A stretch of DNA of 64,000 bases from Cyanidioschyzon merolae. Its lineage: Eukaryota. Both the position numbers and the translations under genes were made by a program. The stretch is taken from the NCBI GenBank assembly GCA_000091205.1, contig AP006497.2. One strand, 5' to 3'. Numbering within the stretch: the first letter of the stretch is position 1; the number at the start of each line of letters is the position of its first letter. Under the pieces are notes generated by a model. It had not been told where the DNA came from and searched no databases. It saw only the letters and a program-made list of their open reading frames with translations. Of this stretch, positions 11,824 through 22,673 are shown one piece after another.

Positions 11824-13154
11824 GTTGCTGCGTGTGCAAAAACTATTTCCTTAAGTGAGGTCCAAAGCGACACAAGAGTCCAGCTGAAAGTTCGAATCGG
11901 TCAGCCTCGGTGCACCGACGCCTCAGCGAAGCGAGCGTTGGTTGTGGGCAGCGGCCACGTCCGAGCGAAACCACAAGTTTGTGTTCGTTCGGGAGCTACT
12001 AGTCACCTTCGAGGCAAGCCAACCTGCCCACGGAATGAATCGACTCCTGAACCCGTACACGCTCTGAATAAACGTCACTGGTGACCGATGCGAGTGTCTC
12101 AGCGCAGCACGCGAACAGGTATAGAAATGCGAGGATGTGTGCTGGGCGTGTTGGTGCGTGCGCCAGACGCTGCGTCGGCATGAGCACGTTCCAAAGCGAG
12201 TTGTCTGCATGGACTCAGCCTTGCGCGCTTTGGAAGGTTCCTGTATGGGAACAAGGGTACTATGTGGTGTCGGTCACTGTAGGAACTGAGTAGAACAGGT
12301 TCGGTTTGGGAACTGCTTGGGTTTTCGAGCAGTCGAAGACGACTGAGCTAGCTCTCGTGGGTTGTTTGAACAAACGCTGCGTTCTTGGATAATAGTGCAG
12401 TACGTTGCTTTGGATTGACTGATAAATTTTCATCGCACTGGGTCACCGACAGAGTTACGTGCTACAAAACTGCAGGCAAAGCGCTGTGTCCGTGCACGAC
12501 AGAGCACTCGGTTGCTGCGGAGACAGCATCCGGCAGCGTGGTGCCTCCACAGCGAGCCGGATCGTTTCTTTCTCGTGCGTATTTCCCGAGGACATAGAGG
12601 ATGAGCGCCATTGCTGGGCACTAGATTATAAGGTATCGAGGCATTTTGAGCCAGACGAGGCTTAGGGCGCACGACTAGACTCAGCCTTTATCTCGTTAGT
12701 TACCAGTACGCGTTTGGGCGCATCCACGGGTTCCGTCCGAGTCATTGGACCGCTCGAGATATGGTATGCGGTATCTGGCCTGTTCGCTATGTCGACGCGG
12801 AGCCATGTGCCGCTAGACCTGATGCCAAACCAGTGTTTGTTTCGTTTGTTGAAAATGCAAGGAGCGAAGCCTGGTCAGGTTCGGTAAGCCGGCGGTGTCT
12901 CTGCTGGAGCCCATTTGAAACCTCGCTCAGTGATGCAATGATCGTATTGAGGGTCATATCTAGTTTTACATGGATATGGGGGAAACAACATGGGGTCATG
13001 CATCCGCCCGAACAGGCGGTATGAAAATGATAAGCAGGAGCGCAGACCAAGAGCCGCGTACAACTTGGTAAGCGGTAGTATGTACATTAGACGGCAGCCC
13101 CGGGGCAGCCAATGTGGTGATTGCTGCTGGCCCGAAATCGCGCTTGCCGAGTTG

Positions 13155-14177
13155 TCAGTTTAATCTGTGAATCAGCATCGCGCGGTACTCATCGTATCGC
13201 AGTTCCGCCTTGGTGCTTCGGTATGTGGTCAGGAAGACGCATTCCGACCACCAGGAGTCGGTTTCCGTCGCCGGAACGTCACCTAAGTAACCAGATTTTC
13301 TGATAAGAGAACAAATGGTCTCGTATTTGCTCCATTTCAGTTCTAGCGGAACCTCGGGTAGATACGTTGCGCTGTACCGCGAGGTCCGTGGCCTTGTGAA
13401 CCTTCTCCACGCAAATCGCCGCTGCTGAGACTGCGGTTCCACTTCAACAATCAATCCATGGACGCCAGGTTCCCAGTCCCAAACCGAGTCGCGCTCCGTA
13501 AAGTCGCTCAGAAGACTAACAACGCATAGCAGCCGGGGAAGTTCCTCGATACGGATCGGGGCGAAGCGACGATCATGCAAGGCCGCGGTGACTGCGTATG
13601 AACGCAATGCATCGTGGAGGCCGGTCGGTGTCAGTGTACCGATGCAACCGCGAAGTTGCCACACCGAGTCGGTGGTCGTCCGCAGATGCCCTCTGTCCGC
13701 GAGTATCTTCCATGTGATGAAGAGTCCGTAAGCGTCGCTGTCTGGTGGCAGCGCTTCACGGAACGGGTCGTCATCGGTTGATAGACGACCTCGAGCGCGC
13801 AGTTCCCGTTCTAGCACCGAGAACGCGTATGCACACATGACAGACGTCGCGACCACACCAGTAACCCCACCGGGGTGCTGCGCAGCCCCGCCGGCACCGC
13901 TGACCGTTGCGTTCGAAGCGTCCACCTGGGCGGTTACCGAATTGTTGAGCGGCAATCCCGGTGATTCTCTGGCTTTCGTTGCATCACTCAAGTTCCGTGC
14001 CGTTGGTTCGGTGGTAACGCTGCTCTCGTCCGACGTTGCCGCTGGGCTCCGTGTCAAGCGCTCGCCTGCACTTGCGGCCGGCTCAGTTGCTGCTGAGGAA
14101 GCTTTGTCACCAAAGTCAGTGTCTGAACGCTCTGACTGAACAGCGTCTCTTCGAATTAACTTATTCCACATAGGCAA
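13155..14177 (-). CDS. AMMECR1-domain protein
   Basis: The ORF reads MCAYAFSVLEREL...YGLFITWKI....LRGCIGTLTP..L....YAVTAALHDRRFAPI...ELP.L...VSLLS.FTE......W.PGVHGLIVE....ATYLPEV. These are the canonical AMMECR1 blocks. The N-terminal extension is S/T/A-rich. Confidence 0.8.
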   Translation of the reverse strand: MPMWNKLIRRDAVQSERSDTDFGDKASSAATEPAASAGERLTRSPAATSDESSVTTEPTARNLSDATKARESPGLPLNNSVTAQVDASNATVSGAGGAAQHPGGVTGVVATSVMCAYAFSVLERELRARGRLSTDDDPFREALPPDSDAYGLFITWKILADRGHLRTTTDSVWQLRGCIGTLTPTGLHDALRSYAVTAALHDRRFAPIRIEELPRLLCVVSLLSDFTERDSVWDWEPGVHGLIVEVEPQSQQRRFAWRRFTRPRTSRYSATYLPEVPLELKWSKYETICSLIRKSGYLGDVPATETDSWWSECVFLTTYRSTKAELRYDEYRAMLIHRLN

Positions 14178-15344
14178 GCAAACGTTTTCAGGTGAACGTG
14201 CGTGCGCACGTCCATGGACGCACGCATCCGCTTCCTAGACACGCACGCGTGCACGCACGCATGTCAAGTCTTTCAACTCAATTCTGTTTCACCCCTGCTG
14301 CAGCGTATAGCAGGTGATCGATATTACGATGCAAAGTACCGTTTGAATCGTTGGCGAATTGAATGTAGGATACATATTCTTTACTGAACATTGGGAAGAG
14401 CACTGCACTCCTCTTTCGGGTCAGTAGGACCATAGGAGAGGTACGGTTGGGGAACACTGACAGGAACCCATGTATGCTGCCTTTACCAAGACCCGATATT
14501 CTAAAAGTCTGCTTATGGTCAATGGTAGAAAAGGACCCGTTGATCACTTTAGGAGAAGCAAAAGCGACGACAATGGTCGCCACGAGCGTCTCTGTTTCTC
14601 AATACGTTGTCTGTTTGGCCCTGAAACCCTGAGCGTTCCGTCACCAAAAAGTCCGATTTCGATCACGGACATCGCGCACCGAAATCGCAATGGCGGCGTT
14701 CCTGGAACGTCACAATCGGTACGAAGCACATGGACGTAGGTTTGTTTCTTAAGTCGATAAGACTCGCTTCGGAAAAACGGTCGGTGCTCATATGGGTATT
14801 CGCCGAGCAGGGCGCCCGTTTTATGAACGATCGAACTCGAAGAGAACGACGACATCGGCGTATGTTCTAGCTGAAGTGGGTTTATTCGGCAGCCTCAGTT
14901 CCGCTCGTAGAGAAGGCTCATGTAACAGCACCACCGACTTTGCCGAATCATTGAAATCTTTTCCCTGATTTCTGGTGACGTCCTTCTAGTAGATAACGTG
15001 GCATTTACCTGTTCCCGTTGCGTTCGAGCTTTTGCCGATTCTGCCGAGGCGTAGAGCTGCTTCTCATTCCTTCGTATGCTCTGTGGTTGAATCTCATGGA
15101 TGGAATGTTTTCCGTCGTGAAACGGAATGATCGATCGATCGTTCGAATTGATGAAGCCTTCAGCACAGTGACACACCGGGGCACATTTCGTATGCCTTCG
15201 GGAAACCGTTTTCCTTCAGGCAAGGTCCTCTCCCGATGGCATAAAGGAGGGGATTCAGTTTCAGAAATAAAAAACCCCAAAGAAAAGTTATGCACATCGA
15301 ATTCGAGTACTCTGGAGGGTCGTCACCCCCGGGTCCGACAAAAC

Positions 15345-15700
15345 CAGAGCGAAAAGTTCTCTTCTAGCCTACCATCGAGCGAAGAAGAACAAATGACGAA
15401 GGAGACGAGGGAGAGTGGGACCTTGGCCAGAAAAAATGTGTATCTGACAGGACGGTGACGAGACGTAGTGTCACAGAGGGCACGAGTTCGAGGACTACTT
15501 GCATTCGTGAGTTCAACCAGAGGACACGAACGCAGGGACTCTGTGAACCAAGACTTGAACGCCGCCATGAATATCCGGAGACCTGCGGCGCTGAAGACAA
15601 GACCCGAAGCGCTGATGCCATTCAACTCTGTGGGGCACCCTCTCACACTCGAATATTGCACGGAGATGCTGAAGCCGATGGCGGGCGGCCGGTCGGAAAC
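15345..15700 (+). pseudogene. Copy A: a truncated 'X + RuvC-III tail' fragment of the TnpB/Fanzor-like family
   Basis: The plus strand reads VNQDLNAAMNIRRPAALKTRPEALMPFNSVGHPLTLEY at ~15543..15660. It is preceded by segment X (~15345..15540), which is shared at the nucleotide level with 19083..19280 and 36584..36780. The GGCGGCCGGTCGGAAACGG motif lies at ~15690. Upstream frameshifts are present. Confidence 0.55.
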
Positions 15701-17462
15701 GGCTTGGAGGCGTCTGTCTGGAGGTATATACGGATAACCTCGATGGTTATAGAGCTGCTCAGTTTCACTGATAGGTACGTTGACACGCACACCTCTGAAC
15801 ACGCCGCGGTTGCCCAGCGCCCCGTTGTATGCGAAGCACAGCATTCTGAGTTATCGGACCCAGCACGTCCTTTTCTGTTTCTGTCTATTTTTTCCTTGCA
15901 GCTATTCAACGAACACAATGTATTTAATGAATGGGAGGAACGTCACGAAAAGACTTGACACGCTCACCGCTAGCGAGCGAGGAATGGTTATATGTGTTCA
16001 AGCCAATCACTGCACCGTCCTGAGGTTGACGAACGGACCCTCTCATGGCTCGTATCCTGAACGCTGTCGTCCCAAAATCCAAGTTTCCAGACTCTTTCTA
16101 CAAGAATGTCTCCTGGTCACTCAATTCTCGTCACATATAGTCTATTAGGAAAACGATTAAAGAAGGCACCAGACGAGCAGTTTCCATTCCGTGCATACGA
16201 ACGGTGATGATGGGAAACGGATGCGAGGGAGAAGCGCGCCTCTATACAAGACGGTCGCGCGTCCAGCTCCACACAATCGATTTCGTACTGACACGCGAAT
16301 CCTCATTCCAGGACAGAAAGGTATTCGTCTCACTCGATAGGATTCCGTTCGCGAACAACGGCGGACCTGTGTACGGGTACTCAAACCGGGGCCGAACCGC
16401 TGTTTACAATGAAGAAACTAAAACGAGCATGACGACGGCATCAGTCCTAGTGGAGGAGCTGTCGTGTGGTCTCGTATTTATCGCAGATGGCTCGGGATCG
16501 TTCTCCACCTTATACTTCGTCGAAGCAGTCTTCGCGGATCCTCCTTCCCATATTCTTGCGTCGTGCTCTCAGACAAGGGCGCTTTCTATCACATATCTGG
16601 GTCAAGGGCATCGGCGGAATGTGTGGTGCTTCAAGCTTTATTCTGAAGAGCAGCTGCGCTGTAAATGCAGAACGCTTCGGTACTTGGGCAACGCAAAACT
16701 GGGCCTGTCGAGAACGGGTGCAGCATGTTCCCGCTGCAAACTCGACTCGTCGATGTTGTTATTGTGGGTTCTGCCCTGCACCCGAAACTCACGAGCGGCG
16801 TCGCAGCTAGGCCCTCATCTCTGGACCCATGCATCGTTGCTCTTGACACGTGCGGGAAACCTTGCAGATGCTGAGCATTTTGGGCTCGATCTCCAGAATG
16901 AGCTGAGAAAGCAGTCGGCGCTCAAATCCAATCTGTTCCGTTGCCGTATCGCCAGTCGCACGGCTCCCGGGACGCAACCCGTCTCTGCATCGCTTCCAGG
17001 CTCGCTTGACGCACTCTGGGCCAGCTACTGGGCTAATGCTCCAAACACCCGGTGCATGACCCGCAGACAAGATATTGCACAGCGAGCGTGGACGCGTCAT
17101 TCTGGCGGCCCGCAGGTGACCTTGGATCTGGAAGCGCCTTTCTCCATCTCACGATGGATCATGCCTGATGTAAATGAGAACATTTACGATGTTGGCGCCT
17201 GGGTTCACCATCGAAATCACAATCTCTAGGAATTCTCTGACGACATGCGCGCAGAGGTGTCCGCAAAACGGAAACAGCTGTTGGAATGGATCTGAGCGTG
17301 ATCTCATCCGTGCCCGCACAAGGAGATGCGATCCGCTTCTACCAAATCAAGGTTTGATACATGGCGGACAAGTGCCTTACTGATCTCAGCCCGAAAGACC
17401 GTTCCGAACGCGGTTTCCGTTCCTTGGTTCATGCGGCAAGCAAGGGTTCGACGTCGTATCGG

Positions 17463-18479
17463 TTAAGTCCGACGATGACGTTTGGACACTGGAACTTCGT
17501 CCTCGTCTTCGTCCTCGTCAACGGCATCCTCGTCGTCGTCGTCGTCGTCGGCTTCCTCTTCCTCTTCGTCTTCATCAAAGTCTCCGCCCCCGTCCTCATC
17601 GTCATCGAACTCATTATCCTCATCATCCTCTTCTTCACTAAACTCATCGTCCTCGTCTTCTTCGTCGTAGACATAGTCGCCCCCGTCATCATCTTCATCG
17701 TCCTCGTCATCAACGTCGCCGGCGAGGTAGTGCCCGCCCGAAGGGCCTGACGCCTCATCTTCCGAATCCGCCCCATTATTGTCATCTTCCTCCTCTTCGT
17801 CCTCGTCATAGTCACCCTCTTCGTCCTCTTCTCCATCCTCCGCGTCACCACGGTCGTCTTCCTCGTCTTCCTCGTCCAGATCCGCCGGCCTTGTTTTACC
17901 ATACGCCTGTCGAAGCACTGCGTCCTCCTGTTGAATCTCTTCCTCGTCCTCTTCGTATTCCTCATCGTTCTCGTCTTCCTCTGCCCCCTCACCTTCAGCC
18001 TCTTCGTCGTCCTCAACGTCCTCGCCATTTTCATCCTTACCATCTAGCACCATAAGTCCGCGAATCTCGCGGAACATAAACGCGCGATAGTCTTTCAGGT
18101 TGCTCACCGGGCATCCGTAGCAGTCGACGACCCTAAGGTGCAAACAACCGCGCAACGGCTTCAGCGAATCGAGCGTGCGAATAGCGTTTCCAGAAAGATT
18201 CAATACCTCCAAGCGAGGAGCGTGTGTAGGCAAAAGCTCCAGCCCGGCACCAGTTAGGCGGTTGTCGCTGAGCTCCAGCCTCCGCAGCGCCGGAAGCATC
18301 GGAAACCCCGGGGTCAACGAAGTCAATCCGCATCCGTTCATGGACAGAACCTCCAGCGAATCGAAGTTCTCGAGCCCACTTGGATGCGATTGTTTGCAAC
18401 GGTTGTCCAGCACTAACTCCTTGACCTGTCGAGGGAGTTGCTCCCCGATGGCCTTCTTGATTGCCGCCTCCATCTCCAA
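17463..18479 (-). CDS. ANP32 (acidic leucine-rich nuclear phosphoprotein 32) family protein, with an N-terminal LRR cap and a ~190-aa D/E tail
   Basis: The sequence VKELVLDNRCKQ...LSMNGCGLTSL...LPALRRLELSDNRLTGAGLELL...LEVLNLSGNAIRTLDSLKPL...CPVSNLKDYRAFMFREIRGLMVLDG is colinear with ANP32A/B. It is followed by an extreme acidic low-complexity tail ending KRHRRT, which is NLS-like. Confidence 0.8.
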   Translation of the reverse strand: MEMEAAIKKAIGEQLPRQVKELVLDNRCKQSHPSGLENFDSLEVLSMNGCGLTSLTPGFPMLPALRRLELSDNRLTGAGLELLPTHAPRLEVLNLSGNAIRTLDSLKPLRGCLHLRVVDCYGCPVSNLKDYRAFMFREIRGLMVLDGKDENGEDVEDDEEAEGEGAEEDENDEEYEEDEEEIQQEDAVLRQAYGKTRPADLDEEDEEDDRGDAEDGEEDEEGDYDEDEEEEDDNNGADSEDEASGPSGGHYLAGDVDDEDDEDDDGGDYVYDEEDEDDEFSEEEDDEDNEFDDDEDGGGDFDEDEEEEEADDDDDDEDAVDEDEDEDEVPVSKRHRRT

Positions 18480-18599
18480 AAGGTGGCGTCTTTCGACGAT
18501 CTAGCTTCTTCCTGTCTCCGAAAATGATTCAAATCGATGATCCTCTGTGTAGCGTAACGCGGTCAGACTGCTATCCCGTTCCTTACGACGGCCAGCAGA

Positions 18600-18900
18600 G
18601 ACTAGTCGGAGACTCTGCTGCTCGCCTCAGCTCGCTACAGATGAAGAGCGTCCTCTGCAGGCTGAATGCGCGTGTGCGCGGGCAGCGCACGCACCCGCGT
18701 CCACGTCGCCGAGCGATTCGCCACGGCACGCCGCCCAGCGCAGGCGACGCAGTCCAGCGGCGCGACGGAGGTTCGCGCGCGTGTGCGCTGCCCACATGCG
18801 CATCCACGTGACTGTCCCCGCCGCCGCTGCTGTTGTGCCGCGCGGAGATTCCACAGACAGCGATCGCCTTCGGGCGCGCATGCGCTTCAGGTGGCCGATC
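18600..18900. promoter_or_regulatory. CpG/GC-rich tract immediately upstream of the ANP32 start; a putative promoter/5' region
   Basis: This is a very GC-rich, CpG-dense stretch (gcgcgcgtgtgcgctg..., ccgccgccgctgctg) just 5' of the minus-strand start at 18479. It is inferred only from composition and position. Confidence 0.3.
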
Positions 18901-19059
18901 GCGTGACACCGAGGTGTCCGCTATGGTGTTTCACTTCAATTGTGTTCCAATCGCCGCTGCGTGCTATGGAATGCTTTTTCGTGGTTTATGGCGGATGCGT
19001 TCAAAGTGAGTTTCTTTGAAGAAATGAAAAATTCACGGGGAAGTGCGTGGACATGGAAA

Positions 19060-19331
19060 TCGGGGGTTCTGGCGGGCCGTCATCACTGAGTTCTACGAAA
19101 ACGATAAGAATCCTCTTCTCGCCGACCATCGAACGAAGAAGCGCAAGTGACGACGAAGAAGAGGCGAGGTAGGCAAGAAAAGGTGTTTGCCCGACGGGAC
19201 GATGACGAGTGTGTCGTGGTACGGGGCCACGAGTTCGATGAATCCTTACATTGGAGTGTGTGTGTGTGTGTGCAGTCAACGGCAATGCACGAAAGGAGTT
19301 CGTGAACCGAGCCCTCAATATCATGCGCTGC
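19060..19331 (+). pseudogene. Copy B: segment X plus a 60-bp RuvC-III piece that abuts repeat R1 in inverted orientation (chimeric or nested)
   Basis: The plus strand reads VNGNARKEFVNRALNIMRCAV at ~19283..19331 and runs directly into R1. A (TG)9 microsatellite lies at 19256..19272. Segment X is homologous to 15349.. and 36584.. Confidence 0.5.
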
Positions 19332-20950
19332 GCTGTCAAGACTCCGCACTTTTTTATATCGTCAGGACTGATCTGGCACTTTTCCATCTCGAGCGTCTGA
19401 AGTGTACACCCCAGCTCGTGGTCTATGCAGGACGTCCGGAACTCGTCTATCGGGAATGTGACAAAACGCCTTGCGCACTCCTTGTAAGCGCGTGTCGGTG
19501 AGGCTGGAGTGCACCCTGTTTTCGACGCCCAGCGCCCTGCTCCCTATGCTGCTACGAGGCTTTGACGCTTGTCCTCCTTGAGGGTGCTCAGCGCATGAAA
19601 AAAGTTCCCAAATGCACGCCATTCCGCACAGTACAAGTTCATATGCGGACGATGGCATGGACATTGGCTTTTGAACGCTCTCTCCGCCGCTGCTTCCATT
19701 GCCGCTCTCTTAGCCCCGAGTGAACATGTGCCGGTCTCTCTTGTCCTTGCAGTTCCCGAGTCAGCAGTCGAGGGATGTCGGTGGCAGCGTTCAAGTTCCG
19801 ATTTCGCCACTTCCCGCCCGTGGTAACGCGTCCCGCGCGTAGGGCCAAGTTGCGGTCCGCACGTCGTTCCCCACGTTCATCTTCTGTGCACATACAGCTT
19901 CGGTGTGTCTTTCGCTGCGCTGACACCGGACTGTGATCAGACGTTCGCATATTCGTCTGCCGCATCTCTCACGCGACCGAGCGCCGCCCTGTGGCATGCG
20001 AAGGCTTGCTTCAGCGCTCGATGCATGTCCGGGACTGGCGTAGAAGGCGCTCGTCGAATCCATTCTTTGTCTGCATACCCGATGCCGTGACGAACGATGA
20101 CGGGCTGGTTCCGGGCGATTCCCTTTGCGAGTGCGCTGTATGGTGCAAAAGCAAGCATACGCAGTCCCGTTTGAGAAGGGATTCGTGGAATGCGATATTG
20201 GCCTTGGTGAGGCAGGCACCGGAATGATAACACTCATAGGAGAACCAGTCGAGTGATTTCGATCCGTCCACGCTGTTCTACAGCGAAGCGGCGATCCAGT
20301 CTGCACCAGAGGCGATCGCTGCGACGACTATAGTCAAGGACTTCATTCCATGCAACCAGAAGAGGCGAGTGCATCTGGGCGCGAATCCCCGTGTAACGTA
20401 CGATGCAGCTGTCGAATTCCCTGTCTCGCGGATGACCACAGGGACACAAGGATTTGTCTTTCGAAAGGATTCGATCATTTGATACGAGAAGCACGATGAG
20501 GCTTGGGCGTGAGCGTGTGAACACGTCGTCAAGGAGCGACGTCGGGCTCCGTGCCGCGCCAGTCCAGTGGCGAGCATTGCTGTGCCCACGGGTTGCCTTG
20601 AAACAGAAAGATCGAAAACATGAAGCATGCATGATTTGCGCATGCTATACACAAGGAACGCGATAGCGGTAGAGGCTTGTGCCTACAAATTGGTTCATAA
20701 AATCGGCTATTTTACAAACCTTTGTTTGGCGGCGTCGAGAAGCATCTCGATCCCGGTGACGTATCGAGTTACAGGGGCAACGCGTCGAAAGTGGCACGCA
20801 GTAACGCCGACCGGGAATCCGGAAACTGCGCATGAATTTCCAAGCCCTGATTGTTGCACTTTGAGTGTCTAGACCATATATCTAGGACAATGCCGGGAAA
20901 AAAAATCGAAAGGCAGGGCCAGCGCGTGCAGTGCAGTATCCCGTATTCAT
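19332..20950 (-). mobile_element. R1: a ~1.6 kb repeat carrying a decayed TnpB/Fanzor-like coding region; it is copy 1 of a direct-repeat pair
   Basis: It is about 97-98% identical to 39027..40645, with a constant offset of 19,695 bp. The minus strand encodes fragments in three frames, including WRAFGNFFHALSTLKEDKRQ and the zinc finger ...FRTSC..HELGC...CQISPDDIKKCG at its low-coordinate end. Multiple frameshifts leave no intact ORF. Confidence 0.7.
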
Positions 20951-22673
20951 CCAACGGTGGCACAGCGCTGCGGGAATCGGGCACCATTGAGGCGGGGCGT
21001 GTGTTGCGATGAATTCTATAATCAAAAGAACGTTCTGTTCTGAGCACGGGACCGAACGCTCGATGGATATCATCACCCTGGAAAGCGTCCATTATGCCTC
21101 GCCTTACGTTCAGGTACCAGCCGCCACTAGGCATACTTTTCCTCAGAGATACTAGTCGTCATATGTGTTCAACACTGTTCCGAATCTTCCGAAAATGCCG
21201 GGCAAATTGCGCTGGCTGTGGAGCGCGCTTCGAATGTAGTGCACCAGTGCCGAGAGCGCTTCGACGGCTCGTGCCATCGCGTCTCTGGTACGCCAGGCGA
21301 AGACGAGCCAACGTTGTTGCTGGTGTAAAACTTCTGAAAGGTGCCATGGATTTGGCATTCGCAGGCAGGAGTTGCACAGGCGACACCGACAGCGTACTAT
21401 CAAAAAAATAGGCGCATGGCATGTCGTAGCATAGGGAGCCTTCGTCTCATGAGTGTGTACTGGAAACACGAGTGGCTGCCGCACAGAAGCTGCGGATCGC
21501 GCCGAGAAGCAGCTGGGCATGCGCACAACCCGAGTAATGGGGCACACGCGAGCGTCTCGACGCGACTCCAGTGCTCCAGAATGCCTGGAAGCGTGTGCCG
21601 CGGCCTAGGCTGCCAGGCAAGCCTCGTTCGAGCGGCACCGTCCGGCGCGAGTCGAGTGCGACCTCCCCTCCCACGAGTCAGGCATCCGGGTGCCGGACGC
21701 AAATGATCCTCAGTCGGTATAGCGCGTGCGCATATTGTAGCGACGTGCTCCGATATGGCCGCAACACGTAGGCCACTGGCGCAACTTTTTCGCAGCCCGA
21801 CATACTCTAAACTGCCCAGAGGCTTCTCACTGCGCTTCATGCCGCAAAGCGTTTCCAGTCAGTACTTAGGGCGGTGTCGAGCGCCCTGCTCGACGCAGCG
21901 TTCTCGCGCGCCGCATCAAGTCGTTCTGCAATTCATCATCATTGTTCCGCCTCCGTGACTCGATTCAGTCGCATGCCCTCTAGACTTGCCATCCCGAGTC
22001 GCTGCCCGCGCATTGCGTCCACGAAAGCTCGTCTGTGTAGACAACAAGCGAATCGTTCCAGTCACAACGCTCGTCCCCGTGGACGCGATACAGGATACCC
22101 GCGTCGCCACACGCAGCGGTTACTCGAAGCGTCCCGCTCCTGCCGCTGATACGAGTGCTGCGGCCTCAGCGTCGATATGCCTGCGCAGCGCATGTTTCCG
22201 GCCTGCTTTTTTTTCATTGACAAAACGTTTACTTAGGCCAGCGTTCTCCGATTACGCGCATTTTTCTTTTCTTACTTTTTTCTGTGAGTGTTTTTTTCCC
22301 CGCCCTGCTGCGGAGGCGCGGCGCCCGCGCGATCGATGAACGCATCCCCGCGGATCGTTGCAAAAGCGCGACACGTCACAGCGCCGCATGCGTGCGTGCG
22401 TGCCGGCGGCGGCGGCGGCGGGAACAGCACTGTGGCATGCGTGCGTGCCGCGAACGCTCATTCAACAGTAGGCTCTCAGCGCAGCGTTCTGTTTTTGGGC
22501 GAATACAGGGAGCACCGGCAGTGTTCATCGAGAAGGAGTGTACTACGCGCCTGTGCGAGCGGTGACCGGGCGAAGGACCATTCGGTAGGTATCACTTGGT
22601 ACTCGTTCGAGAACGCCAGAGTTTTCTGCAGAAGCTTTTCGGATTTCGGTAAGAGGAGCCAGCGCGCCGAGGA

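Noticed and set aside
16204-17229. A 341-aa plus-strand ORF as a candidate gene.
   Set aside because: It has no recognisable motifs and its composition is typical of GC-rich non-coding sequence. It contains the short dispersed repeat at 16515..16580. It is left unannotated rather than called.
17361-18043. Long plus-strand poly-Ser ORF (17482..17670) and a minus-strand basic (K/R/T-rich) 204-aa ORF (17429..18043).
   Set aside because: Both are alternative-frame or antisense readings of the GA(A/C/G)-rich acidic tail of ANP32. They are compositional artefacts.
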